This document shows positions 1-9,360 of a DNA stretch of 64,000 nucleotides, in pieces (positions within the stretch are counted from its first letter, which is position 1; every line of letters starts with the position of its first letter). The notes below the pieces were generated by a model. It was not told the origin of the DNA. It ran no database searches and saw only the letters and a program-made list of their open reading frames with translations. The position numbers and the translations under genes were made by a program. Source of the stretch: Candidatus Izemoplasmatales bacterium. GTDB lineage: Bacteria > Bacillota_I > Bacilli_A > Izemoplasmatales > Hujiaoplasmataceae. The stretch spans positions 160,001 to 224,000 of the forward strand of contig JBMNEZ010000001.1 of the NCBI GenBank assembly GCA_050949045.1, given 5' to 3'.

Positions 1-2044
1 AGACGTCTTGGATCTTACCTGTCGTATAAAGAGGAATCTTCGATAATGATACCGGCGACTTCAGTTCCGTTCCTGTGACAGAGACCACTTTGCTCAATTT
101 GATATCTTGGGAGGAGGAGCCTACCATAATATCATAATCCGCAGTCTCGACTTCCCATTGATTGGTGAGCGGATTATAGGTTTCAAAGGCTTCCTTGTCG
201 AGCTTGATCTTGACTGTCTTGCTTTCTCCTGGGCGGAGTTCGACTTTTGAGAATCCTTTTAGTTCTTTTTGTGGGCGGTAAACTTTTGAGTTCTTCGCGC
301 GAATATAAACTTGGACAACCTCTTTGCCGGGCATTTTTCCGGTGTTCTTGAGTTTGAAACTCACTTCTTCAAAAGAGGCCGAGAGATCGGAATAAGCAAA
401 AGAGGTATAGGACAGACCATAGCCGAATGGATATCTGGGTTTGACGCCGGCAGTATCGAAGTAGCGGTAACCGACATATAGGCCTTCGCGGTATTCGGCA
501 GTCATCTGTTTGCCGGGATAATTTTGGGAAGTGGGCGTATCCTCATATTTGAAGGGAATCGTTTCGGAGAGTTTCCCCGAGGGATTCACCTTTCCGACAA
601 GGATATTCAGTGCAGCTCTTGCGCCGGCTTGCCCTGCAAGCGAAGTATGGAGGATAGCGTCTGAACGATCCGCAAAATCCATTTCAACGGCACTGCCGCA
701 AGCTAGGACAACGACAAGTTTCTTGCCGAGGCTGGCGAGTTTGTCGAACAACTCCATCTGATTAAGCGGCAGTTTGAGATTGCTGCGGTCGATTCCTTCG
801 ACTTCGCTAAATTCGTCAAGACCGATATACAACAAGATTGTGTCTGCTTTCTTGGCAAGTTTGACTGCTTTTCTGATTCGACAGCTGCTTTTTCTGCCAT
901 AGCGACTATAACCCTGCTCGTAACCAACGTATTGAAGATCATACTCACCAATGGCGTCAACGGCATTGTCCAGCTTTGTCGGATTTACTATCGAAGAGCC
1001 GGCTCCCTGATAACGAGGTTTCTTGGCGAAGTCACCGATGATGGCGACTTTCTCCTGTGACTTAAGCGGGAGAGCGCCCTTGTCATTTTTTAAAAGGACG
1101 ATTGACTCTTCCGCGATCTTCTGCGCTAACAGGTGATTGGCTTCGTTATCAATAACGACCTTGCTTTCCTTGACAGCTTTGCTTGTGTCAAAGATCAAAG
1201 TCAATAGTCTATCAAGGTTCTCGTCAAGCAGCGATTCGGGGATGGTTCCGTTTTTGACAGCCGCGACGATTTCGTCATTTGTCTCTCCGCCTGTGGTTGG
1301 CATTTCCAATTCATTTCCGGCTATCAATCCCTTAACCCGGTCGTTCGATCCGCCCCAGTCGCTGACGACAACTCCCGGGTACTTCCATTCTCCACGAAGG
1401 ATGTCTCGCATAAGGGGGATATTCTCATTGGTATATTCGCCGTTGACTTTGTTGTAAGAGGACATGATGACTTTCGGCTTTCCTTCTTTGATGCCGATTT
1501 CAAACGGTCTGAGGTAGATTTCTCTCAAGGTGCGTTCATCGATGATTGAATCAACGGCCATCCTTCGGAATTCCTGATTGTTGGCGGCGAAGTGTTTCAA
1601 ACAGCCGGAAACACCGGCTGACTGGATTCCTCTGATGTAAGCGGCGGCCATCTTTCCGGCAAGCAGGGGATCTTCGCTGAAATACTCGAAGTTACGTCCG
1701 CAGAGCGGGTTTCTTTTGATGTTGATTCCCGGGCCAAGGACAACGTTGACTTTCTGGCTGACTGCCTCTTTGCCGAGAGAAGTACCCAGCTCCTCACCGA
1801 GTTTTTCATCCCAGCTGTTGGCGACAGTGGCGGAAGTTGGATAGCACGTTGCCGGAATACTGGCATTTAGCCCTAACTGGTCGGCAGCGGCCGCTTGTTT
1901 CCTTAGACCGTGGGGCCCATCCGAAAGAAAAATACTGGGAATTCCGAGTTTCTCCAGATTCATTGTGGTCCAGAAGTCTTTACCCGACATAAAAGAGGCT
2001 TTTTCTTCCAAAGTCATTTTCTGGATGATTGCTTGATTTTTCAT
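1..2044 (-). CDS. GH3 beta-glucosidase, copy 1 (3' end lies outside the window)
   Basis: Nearly identical to 6080-8123 at offset 6079; ATG at 2044; GH3 motifs SDGPHG, RNFEYFSEDP, KHFAAN, SDWG. Confidence 0.93.
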   Translation of the reverse strand, partial: MKNQAIIQKMTLEEKASFMSGKDFWTTMNLEKLGIPSIFLSDGPHGLRKQAAAADQLGLNASIPATCYPTSATVANSWDEKLGEELGTSLGKEAVSQKVNVVLGPGINIKRNPLCGRNFEYFSEDPLLAGKMAAAYIRGIQSAGVSGCLKHFAANNQEFRRMAVDSIIDERTLREIYLRPFEIGIKEGKPKVIMSSYNKVNGEYTNENIPLMRDILRGEWKYPGVVVSDWGGSNDRVKGLIAGNELEMPTTGGETNDEIVAAVKNGTIPESLLDENLDRLLTLIFDTSKAVKESKVVIDNEANHLLAQKIAEESIVLLKNDKGALPLKSQEKVAIIGDFAKKPRYQGAGSSIVNPTKLDNAVDAIGEYDLQYVGYEQGYSRYGRKSSCRIRKAVKLAKKADTILLYIGLDEFSEVEGIDRSNLKLPLNQMELFDKLASLGKKLVVVLACGSAVEMDFADRSDAILHTSLAGQAGARAALNILVGKVNPSGKLSETIPFKYEDTPTSQNYPGKQMTAEYREGLYVGYRYFDTAGVKPRYPFGYGLSYTSFAYSDLSASFEEVSFKLKNTGKMPGKEVVQVYIRAKNSKVYRPQKELKGFSKVELRPGESKTVKIKLDKEAFETYNPLTNQWEVETADYDIMVGSSSQDIKLSKVVSVTGTELKSPVSLSKIPLYTTGKIQDV

Positions 2045-2104
2045 AATTAAGGATCGTCCAATCTGTATGAAATTTTGAAAAACTAGCGACAATGTCTTTA
2101 TTGA

Positions 2105-2140
2105 CTTAAGCGCTAACAACTATATTAACATTCTATCATA
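2105..2140 (-). promoter_or_regulatory. Extended -10 (TGaTAGAAT) with a downstream cre/LacI-type operator for GH3 copy 1
   Basis: Minus strand reads TATGATAGAAT then TGTTAGCGCTTAAG; the same arrangement is conserved at 8187-8222. Confidence 0.55.
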
Positions 2141-2197
2141 TAAATAAGATAGCGCCACGACATTGAGCATATTTTGTTGATATCTAGGCATACATTG

Positions 2198-3553
2198 TCA
2201 AGTTTCCGCACGAGGAATGGGAATCAAAATGATCAAGCGAAACCAGTTGTTGCTAGTTGTGATTGAGACGTTTCCTCCGTACTTTTCGACGGTGCTTTTG
2301 ATACTTTTGAGCCTGTATCCATGGAAGCGAGTGTCTTTCTTGGTAGTAACGAAATTTCCATGAGAGATTTGAAGCGGATTCAAGTAAAAGTTCTCGAACC
2401 GAATCAACAACAATTCATTTTCTGCATAGGTTGCAATTTTGATCAATCGCTTCTCTTTGTCATCGATTTTGAGGACGCTTTCGATCGCATTGTCAATCGC
2501 ATTTCCGAAGATCGAACAAAGATCCATCGCCGAAATGAAATTTAACAGTTTTCCATCTGCGATACAAGTAACGATGATATTATTATCGAGACAAGTGATC
2601 AGTTTTGATGTCAAGATCGTGTCAAGAACCTCATTCCCAGTCTTATACTGGGCCTCGTAATACTTGATGCTGTTCTCCAAATCTTCTAGATATTTTTTAC
2701 GGATGTCAGCGTCTTTTTCAGTACGGATGGCGATGATTTGGTTCTTCAAATCATGATATTTCTGATTGATGATATTGATACTGTCTTGTGATATGCGATA
2801 TTGCTCGTATTGTTTATACAAGAGGGTTTCCATTGCATTAAGATCCATTTTTGACTTAACATTTAATTTGTGCTCTCTTTGGGAGTAAAGAATCAAGATT
2901 CCGGCGAAATCGACAAGCATGCGGATAATTAAAATTTCAGTAGGGTATCTGCCGGAAAGAGGTGTATTGGAACTAATAAAACTGATATTGCTGATGAGAA
3001 AGATCATGATGCCGATGCTGGCAAAAGATAAAAAATCGTTTCGATTAACCTCAATGGTTATTCCTTTTTTCAAATAGCGAGATTCGATCATCAAGAAAAC
3101 CAGAAAGACAAGTCCATAAATCAAGACTAAAAACAACTCATCAAAAAAAACAAAAGAAATATTGAAAGTCCGAATAGTATAACGATACATATGCCAGTAA
3201 AGAGAGGTAGCGAACTCAGAAATCACGAAAGCAAGAACCGTGATGTATCCCGCGTTGTTAATACTTTGCTTAGTTGTAGTATAGATGAAAAGAAACATTA
3301 ACAGAAAAGCAAAGATCGTTCTCAGAATCCATAGTTTCAGTGGGAAAGTACTTGTCAGCAATTGAAAACCGATCATTGTGATAGCAAAACCGACAATTGT
3401 TAAATACAAAATGACTTTCTTAAGGCGTTTTTTGGCAAGTATGATAAAAATTAAACAAAACAGCCATTCTGCAATTCCGGCATATAATCTGATTCTGGTA
3501 TATAATTCGATTCTGGCAAATAATCCGGGAATAATAAGTAACAATTCGGTCAT
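2198..3553 (-). CDS. Membrane GHKL sensor histidine kinase (AgrC/VirS-like)
   Basis: About 7 N-terminal TM helices; H-box HDLKNQ; N-box GNAIDNAIE; G-box region HGYRL; ATGA overlap with the response regulator. Confidence 0.9.
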   Translation of the reverse strand: MTELLLIIPGLFARIELYTRIRLYAGIAEWLFCLIFIILAKKRLKKVILYLTIVGFAITMIGFQLLTSTFPLKLWILRTIFAFLLMFLFIYTTTKQSINNAGYITVLAFVISEFATSLYWHMYRYTIRTFNISFVFFDELFLVLIYGLVFLVFLMIESRYLKKGITIEVNRNDFLSFASIGIMIFLISNISFISSNTPLSGRYPTEILIIRMLVDFAGILILYSQREHKLNVKSKMDLNAMETLLYKQYEQYRISQDSINIINQKYHDLKNQIIAIRTEKDADIRKKYLEDLENSIKYYEAQYKTGNEVLDTILTSKLITCLDNNIIVTCIADGKLLNFISAMDLCSIFGNAIDNAIESVLKIDDKEKRLIKIATYAENELLLIRFENFYLNPLQISHGNFVTTKKDTRFHGYRLKSIKSTVEKYGGNVSITTSNNWFRLIILIPIPRAET

Positions 3554-4260
3554 GCTTTGCCTCCAAAATGATTAGCTAAGGCTTCGAGAAATTCCTTTTT
3601 TCTAGGTCTGCTAATCTTGAGTTCGGCATTGTTGACGATCACGAAATCACCTTTGACACCCTTGACTTTATCAAGGTTGACAAGGAAACAGTTGTTACAC
3701 CTGAAAAACTGGCCTTCATTCAACTCCCCTTCAATCTTCTTCAAGGGCATTCTTAATGTGTGATCTCCGTTTTTTTCGTGAACGATTAGATAATGTTTCA
3801 TCGTTTCAACATAAAATATTTCGTTGATGTTGACACGCACAACGCCGTCTTTGGTTGTTAGGAGAAGTGATTTGTCTTTTCGCGATTTAATTTTGGTGAT
3901 TGAGTAACTGATCTCTTGTGAAAAAGCGAAGTAGGGGACCGGTTTCAGCAAGAAACTGTGTGCCTTGACTTCATATCCTTTTATTGCATACTGAGGCATA
4001 TTGGTGATGAAGATGATGATGACTTCTTTGTCAAACTCACGGATTTTCTTAGCGGCCGACATTCCATCAAGGCGTTTCATCTCAATGTCTAAAAGGATGA
4101 TATCGTAATTCGGCTTATAGTAAGTTGCGATCTCATCACCATCTTGAAACTTTGTGATGTCTATGATGACATCATTTTCTTTTTCATACCTTTTGAGCAA
4201 TTTTTCAAGGACATCCATGCATTCGGGATTGTCTTCGACGATTGCGACCTTGATTCTCAT
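3550..4260 (-). CDS. LytTR-family response regulator
   Basis: REC domain (IVED, LLDIEM, FLLKP) and LytTR domain (FFRCNNCFLVN, ISRPRK). Confidence 0.93.
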   Translation of the reverse strand: MRIKVAIVEDNPECMDVLEKLLKRYEKENDVIIDITKFQDGDEIATYYKPNYDIILLDIEMKRLDGMSAAKKIREFDKEVIIIFITNMPQYAIKGYEVKAHSFLLKPVPYFAFSQEISYSITKIKSRKDKSLLLTTKDGVVRVNINEIFYVETMKHYLIVHEKNGDHTLRMPLKKIEGELNEGQFFRCNNCFLVNLDKVKGVKGDFVIVNNAELKISRPRKKEFLEALANHFGGKA

Positions 4261-4482
4261 TGTTCACCTCTAGACATAAGGAGATCAGTTACTTTTTTCA
4301 ATCGTTATAACAAAATGATGCTAACTATTGAAAAACAAACTCAGATACTGTAAAGGCATTGGTAAGACGCTGTACTCGGTGGGGAAAGACCATGCCGGTA
4401 ATAGAGAGCCCCATTTAGCAGACTTTAATAAAAAAGGGGTAATAAGCAACACCAATAGTTTATTGAATTGCTTTCTAATCAG
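4257..4482 (-). pseudogene. Decayed, internally deleted remnant of the Lgt-like gene
   Basis: 4251-4385 aligns with 8349-8492 (Lgt 3' end); 4441-4482 matches 9006-9047 at 40/42 nt. Confidence 0.82.
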
Positions 4483-4599
4483 GTAGACCCTATTTTTTGA
4501 CCCTTATGGCTATACATAACAACCGGCTTGTCAAACCGACTATTTTAATATCATATAAATGTAACGAAGCAACTATAGATAACGAATTCGAATAATGGA

Positions 4600-5637
4600 T
4601 TAACCCAGTTTGATACGGCGAGTCAATATTTTATATCCGGCGGTCATTATGATGCCCCTGAGACGCCAGGGCAGCCAATTGACTATCACAGGCATTCCCC
4701 TCCATCTAAGGAAACGGTAGAGATCACGGTCACGATCCTTGACATATTTCCATAATTTAGACAAGGCTTGGCGCCGTTCTTTTCCGTCTTTTGCGACCGT
4801 GAAGAAGATCGTGATCATCATGATGGCCGACAGACAGTGAAGCATATATCTTCTAAGACCTTTCTCCATCTTCATGATTTGGGCATAACTATGTGCGTTG
4901 ATCATTTCCTTCATCACTCTGATTTGCTGGTCATATCGGTTGGTGAAAACACGGATATTGACGGATTGATCCACACGTCCGATGAAGTAGTGATAAAGGT
5001 TGATGTCAAGATAGTAGAGATTCTGCATTTCTGGAAGCGGGGCATAGGAATAGATATTGTCGACATAAAACGTATGGTGAGGCAACTTAAGCCCGCTTTT
5101 GCGCAATTTTTCTGTTTTGTAGGTCAGCGAATGCATCATGATGACCTGGGCGGCATAAAATTTTCCAACTTGTGACCATCTTAAAAAGCAGTTGCTTTTG
5201 AAATGGCGTGAGAAGCGCCTGACAAAAAATTTGCCCTCATTAACTTTGTCATAGACAAAGTTCGTAATGTAGAGGTCTGGCAGTTTCTTTTCCAAAAGGT
5301 GCTCTTTGATTGTCGATAGCAATGTATGAAGTGACGACGTGTCAAGCCAGTCGTCGGAATCGACAACTTTGAAATAGAGTCCGGTCGCATTTTCCAAGCC
5401 GGCATTTACACCAGATCCGTGGCCACCATTGGCTTGGGAGATCACCTTGACGATATTTGGGTATTTTTTTTCATATTGACGGGCAATCTTTTCAGTGCCA
5501 TCGGTCGACCCATCATTAATGATGATGATCTCGACCTCGTCGCCGCCGGGGATCAACGAATCCAAGCAATGTGACAAATAAGCTTCGGAATTATACGCGG
5601 GCACAGCGAATGTAAGAAACTTTTCTTTAGGCGCCAT
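4600..5637 (-). CDS. Glycosyltransferase family 2
   Basis: VPAYN, INDGSTD, NGGHGSGVN and VVDSDD (DxD) motifs. Confidence 0.93.
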   Translation of the reverse strand: MAPKEKFLTFAVPAYNSEAYLSHCLDSLIPGGDEVEIIIINDGSTDGTEKIARQYEKKYPNIVKVISQANGGHGSGVNAGLENATGLYFKVVDSDDWLDTSSLHTLLSTIKEHLLEKKLPDLYITNFVYDKVNEGKFFVRRFSRHFKSNCFLRWSQVGKFYAAQVIMMHSLTYKTEKLRKSGLKLPHHTFYVDNIYSYAPLPEMQNLYYLDINLYHYFIGRVDQSVNIRVFTNRYDQQIRVMKEMINAHSYAQIMKMEKGLRRYMLHCLSAIMMITIFFTVAKDGKERRQALSKLWKYVKDRDRDLYRFLRWRGMPVIVNWLPWRLRGIIMTAGYKILTRRIKLG

Positions 5638-5672
5638 TGACTAATCTTCCTTTTCGGTCATTTTTTCTTTAC

Positions 5673-8123
5673 TCATACACTTGTCGCTTGAGTTTTCTTT
5701 GCTTTATTTTTCTTTGAACGTTTTCTTCCTTCCGCAAAGAATTTGCCCAAGCCTTTGAAGAAGCGGCCGTTGAACATCATGATCAGGCCATCAAGCTGTC
5801 CCATGGTGATCATCCCGCCGGACATATGGGCAAGCCCTCGCATTGGCAGATGGAGAACTCCCATTGCCAGAGTGTTGGATAATGATCTCATTCCAAAGAA
5901 ACGAAGGAACTTGATCGCGAAGCGGACGCCACCGGAAAAAGCTCTTCCGACCCACCGCTTGGAGTACCTCAACTGTTCAACGGTCGTGTTGTATCCAACA
6001 ACGAGGCGGTTCTTTTTATAAAAATCATATGTTGCCTTCGGCACGGGACGGCCGAGGATGTTTTCGAATTCTTCGCTTGAGACGTCTTGGATCTTACCTG
6101 TCGTATAAAGAGGAATCTTCGATAATGATACCGGCGACTTCAGTTCCGTTCCTGTGACAGAGACCACTTTGCTCAATTTGATATCTTGGGAGGAGGAGCC
6201 TACCATAATATCATAATCCGCAGTCTCGACTTCCCATTGATTGGTGAGCGGATTATAGGTTTCAAAGGCTTCCTTGTCGAGCTTGATCTTGACTGTCTTG
6301 CTTTCTCCTGGGCGGAGTTCGACTTTTGAGAATCCTTTTAGTTCTTTTTGTGGGCGGTAAACTTTTGAGTTCTTCGCGCGAATATAAACTTGGACAACCT
6401 CTTTGCCGGGCATTTTTCCGGTGTTCTTGAGTTTGAAACTCACTTCTTCAAAAGAGGCCGAGAGATCGGAATAAGCAAAAGAGGTATAGGACAGACCATA
6501 GCCGAATGGATATCTGGGTTTGACGCCGGCAGTATCGAAGTAGCGGTAACCGACATATAGGCCTTCGCGGTATTCGGCAGTCATCTGTTTGCCGGGATAA
6601 TTTTGGGAAGTGGGCGTATCCTCATATTTGAAGGGAATCGTTTCGGAGAGTTTCCCCGAGGGATTCACCTTTCCGACAAGGATATTCAGTGCAGCTCTTG
6701 CGCCGGCTTGCCCTGCAAGCGAAGTATGGAGGATAGCGTCTGAACGATCCGCAAAATCCATTTCAACGGCACTGCCGCAAGCTAGGACAACGACAAGTTT
6801 CTTGCCGAGGCTGGCGAGTTTGTCGAACAACTCCATCTGATTAAGCGGCAGTTTGAGATTGCTGCGGTCGATTCCTTCGACTTCGTTAAATTCGTCAAGA
6901 CCGATATACAACAAGATTGTGTCTGCTTTCTTGGCAAGTTTGACTGCTTTTCTGATTCGACAGCTGCTTTTTCTGCCATAGCGACTATAACCCTGCTCGT
7001 AACCAACGTATTGAAGATCATACTCACCAATGGCGTCAACGGCATTGTCCAGCTTTGTCGGATTTACTATTGAAGATCCGGCTCCCTGATAACGAGGTTT
7101 CTTGGCGAAGTCACCGATGATGGCGACTTTCTCCTGTGACTTAAGCGGGAGAGCGCCCTTGTCATTTTTTAAAAGGACGATTGACTCTTCCGCGATCTTC
7201 TGCGCTAACAGGTGATTGGCTTCGTTATCAATAACGACCTTGCTTTCCTTGACAGCTTTGCTTGTGTCAAAGATCAAAGTCAATAGTCTATCAAGGTTCT
7301 CGTCAAGCAGCGATTCGGGGATGGTTCCGTTTTTGACAGCCGCGACGATTTCGTCATTTGTCTCTCCGCCTGTGGTTGGCATTTCCAATTCATTTCCGGC
7401 TATCAATCCCTTAACCCGGTCGTTCGATCCGCCCCAGTCGCTGACGACAACTCCCGGGTACTTCCATTCTCCACGAAGGATGTCTCGCATAAGGGGGATA
7501 TTCTCATTGGTATATTCGCCGTTGACTTTGTTGTAAGAGGACATGATGACTTTCGGCTTTCCTTCTTTGATGCCGATTTCAAACGGTCTGAGGTAGATTT
7601 CTCTCAAGGTGCGTTCATCGATGATTGAATCAACGGCCATCCTTCGGAATTCCTGATTGTTGGCGGCGAAGTGTTTCAAACAGCCGGAAACACCGGCTGA
7701 CTGGATTCCTCTGATGTAAGCGGCGGCCATCTTTCCGGCAAGCAGGGGATCTTCGCTGAAATACTCGAAGTTACGTCCGCAGAGCGGGTTTCTTTTGATG
7801 TTGATTCCCGGGCCAAGGACAACGTTGACTTTCTGGCTGACTGCCTCTTTGCCGAGAGAAGTACCCAGCTCCTCACCGAGTTTTTCATCCCAGCTATTGG
7901 CGACAGTGGCGGAAGTTGGATAGCACGTTGCCGGAATACTGGCATTTAGCCCTAACTGGTCGGCAGCGGCCGCTTGTTTCCTTAGACCGTGGGGCCCATC
8001 CGAAAGAAAAATACTGGGAATTCCGAGTTTCTCCAGATTCATTGTGGTCCAGAAGTCTTTACCTGACATAAAAGAGGCTTTTTCTTCCAAAGTCATTTTC
8101 TGGATGATTGCTTGATTTTTCAT
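5673..8123 (-). CDS. GH3 beta-glucosidase, copy 2 (complete)
   Basis: 816 aa; GH3 N and C domains plus Fn3-like domain; nucleophile motif SDWG; SD GGAGG. Confidence 0.95.
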   Translation of the reverse strand: MKNQAIIQKMTLEEKASFMSGKDFWTTMNLEKLGIPSIFLSDGPHGLRKQAAAADQLGLNASIPATCYPTSATVANSWDEKLGEELGTSLGKEAVSQKVNVVLGPGINIKRNPLCGRNFEYFSEDPLLAGKMAAAYIRGIQSAGVSGCLKHFAANNQEFRRMAVDSIIDERTLREIYLRPFEIGIKEGKPKVIMSSYNKVNGEYTNENIPLMRDILRGEWKYPGVVVSDWGGSNDRVKGLIAGNELEMPTTGGETNDEIVAAVKNGTIPESLLDENLDRLLTLIFDTSKAVKESKVVIDNEANHLLAQKIAEESIVLLKNDKGALPLKSQEKVAIIGDFAKKPRYQGAGSSIVNPTKLDNAVDAIGEYDLQYVGYEQGYSRYGRKSSCRIRKAVKLAKKADTILLYIGLDEFNEVEGIDRSNLKLPLNQMELFDKLASLGKKLVVVLACGSAVEMDFADRSDAILHTSLAGQAGARAALNILVGKVNPSGKLSETIPFKYEDTPTSQNYPGKQMTAEYREGLYVGYRYFDTAGVKPRYPFGYGLSYTSFAYSDLSASFEEVSFKLKNTGKMPGKEVVQVYIRAKNSKVYRPQKELKGFSKVELRPGESKTVKIKLDKEAFETYNPLTNQWEVETADYDIMVGSSSQDIKLSKVVSVTGTELKSPVSLSKIPLYTTGKIQDVSSEEFENILGRPVPKATYDFYKKNRLVVGYNTTVEQLRYSKRWVGRAFSGGVRFAIKFLRFFGMRSLSNTLAMGVLHLPMRGLAHMSGGMITMGQLDGLIMMFNGRFFKGLGKFFAEGRKRSKKNKAKKTQATSV

Positions 8124-8222
8124 AATTAAGGATCCTCCAATTTGTATTAAATTTTAAATAATACCAGCAACTATGTCTTTTAAAGGATTTAGCGCTGACA
8201 TCTATTACTGATATTCTATCAT
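6080..8222. repeat. Direct repeat copy 2 (pairs with 1-2140)
   Basis: Direct sequence match at offset 6079. Confidence 0.97.
8187..8222 (-). promoter_or_regulatory. Extended -10 with a cre/LacI-type operator for GH3 copy 2
   Basis: Minus strand reads TATGATAGAAT then TGTCAGCGCTAAAT. Confidence 0.55.
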
Positions 8223-8313
8223 AAATACAAGAATGCATGCCATAATAATAATGAAATTTACTATTGTTAAAATTTTAGCGTATTGATAATAAAGATTAAA
8301 AATGACTTTCTTG

Positions 8314-8358
8314 TCAATTTCGTGGAATTTCTTCGATGAACACGAAAATGATTCTCAT
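8314..8358 (-). pseudogene. 5' remnant of a LytTR response regulator
   Basis: ATGA overlap with the Lgt stop; reads MRIIFVFIEEIPRN* versus MRIKVAIVEDNPEC at 4260. Confidence 0.6.
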
Positions 8359-9170
8359 TGTTCACTTTTAGAAATAGGCAAGTCAGTTGCCTTCTTGTTT
8401 GTTTTTGCTTTGCATAGCAAAATGATGCCAGTTATCATGAGTAAGAAACTCAAATACTGTGAAGGGGTTGGAAAAACATTGTGTTCAGTGGTGATGAAGC
8501 CAAAGATACTGCCGCGGTCGTCTCCGCGGATCAGTTCCAACAATATCCTCCAGCCGCCGTAGGCGATAAGATATGTTTCCAGTTGATAACCCCTCAAGCA
8601 TTTGAGATTGGCAAGCACGAAAAACAAAACGAACAGAAATAACGCTTCGAACAACTGAACCGGAAAGAGAGGAATTCCAGGAAAGGCATCATGAGCATGG
8701 CCGTGGGGAAAGACCACACCGAGAAAGGAATCAGTCGGAATTCCGTAACAACAGCCGGCTAGGAAACAACCGATCCGACCAAAGGCATGCGCAAGGACAA
8801 CACCGATGATCACAGTGTCCATAATGCTTTTTATGCCTCTGTTATCAGCTTTATAGACGAACTTCAAGAGAACAAGCAAACAGGCGACGCCGCCGATAAG
8901 GCCACCGAGGAAAGAGATCGTTCCGAAAGACCACTTGCCCTCTTTGATGGAATGGAATATCCCATCGAACAAGAATGAGGAGAACAAAGCGAATAACAAA
9001 GAGACAATAAGCAACACCAATAGTTTATTGGATTGCTTTCTATTCAGCCCGTCATGATTCTCGAGTCTTCTGGCAACGAAAACGAGCATTAACAATACTC
9101 CCACACAAATCATCAAGTCATATAGAGGAATAGTATAGCCGAACACTTCCGGCAACAAGAATGGATACAT
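8355..9170 (-). CDS. Lgt-family (prolipoprotein diacylglyceryl transferase-like) membrane protein
   Basis: GGLIG, GRIGCFLAGCCYG, PVQLFEA and ELIRGD motifs; ATG 9170 with SD AAGGAGG. Confidence 0.85.
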   Translation of the reverse strand: MYPFLLPEVFGYTIPLYDLMICVGVLLMLVFVARRLENHDGLNRKQSNKLLVLLIVSLLFALFSSFLFDGIFHSIKEGKWSFGTISFLGGLIGGVACLLVLLKFVYKADNRGIKSIMDTVIIGVVLAHAFGRIGCFLAGCCYGIPTDSFLGVVFPHGHAHDAFPGIPLFPVQLFEALFLFVLFFVLANLKCLRGYQLETYLIAYGGWRILLELIRGDDRGSIFGFITTEHNVFPTPSQYLSFLLMITGIILLCKAKTNKKATDLPISKSEQ

Positions 9171-9360
9171 GGGACCCCTCCTTATCAAATATTGTATCAT
9201 TTGTTGGCATATTCACGCACTCTCTTTAATGAATTAGGTATGAAAATATTGTTTGAGAAGGATTTTCATCATCTCATCGACAGAATCAATATAGATGTAT
9301 GATAAAATATAATTGAATGATACGATAGAAAACAAAAATAAAAAAGGCAGGTGCATCATT

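Larger units (their letters stand above)
1..2140. repeat. Direct repeat copy 1 (pairs with 6080-8222)
   Basis: In the coding part I found 5 differences by eye (807, 992, 998, 1817, 1985). The upstream ~100 bp is homologous but clearly more diverged. Confidence 0.97.
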
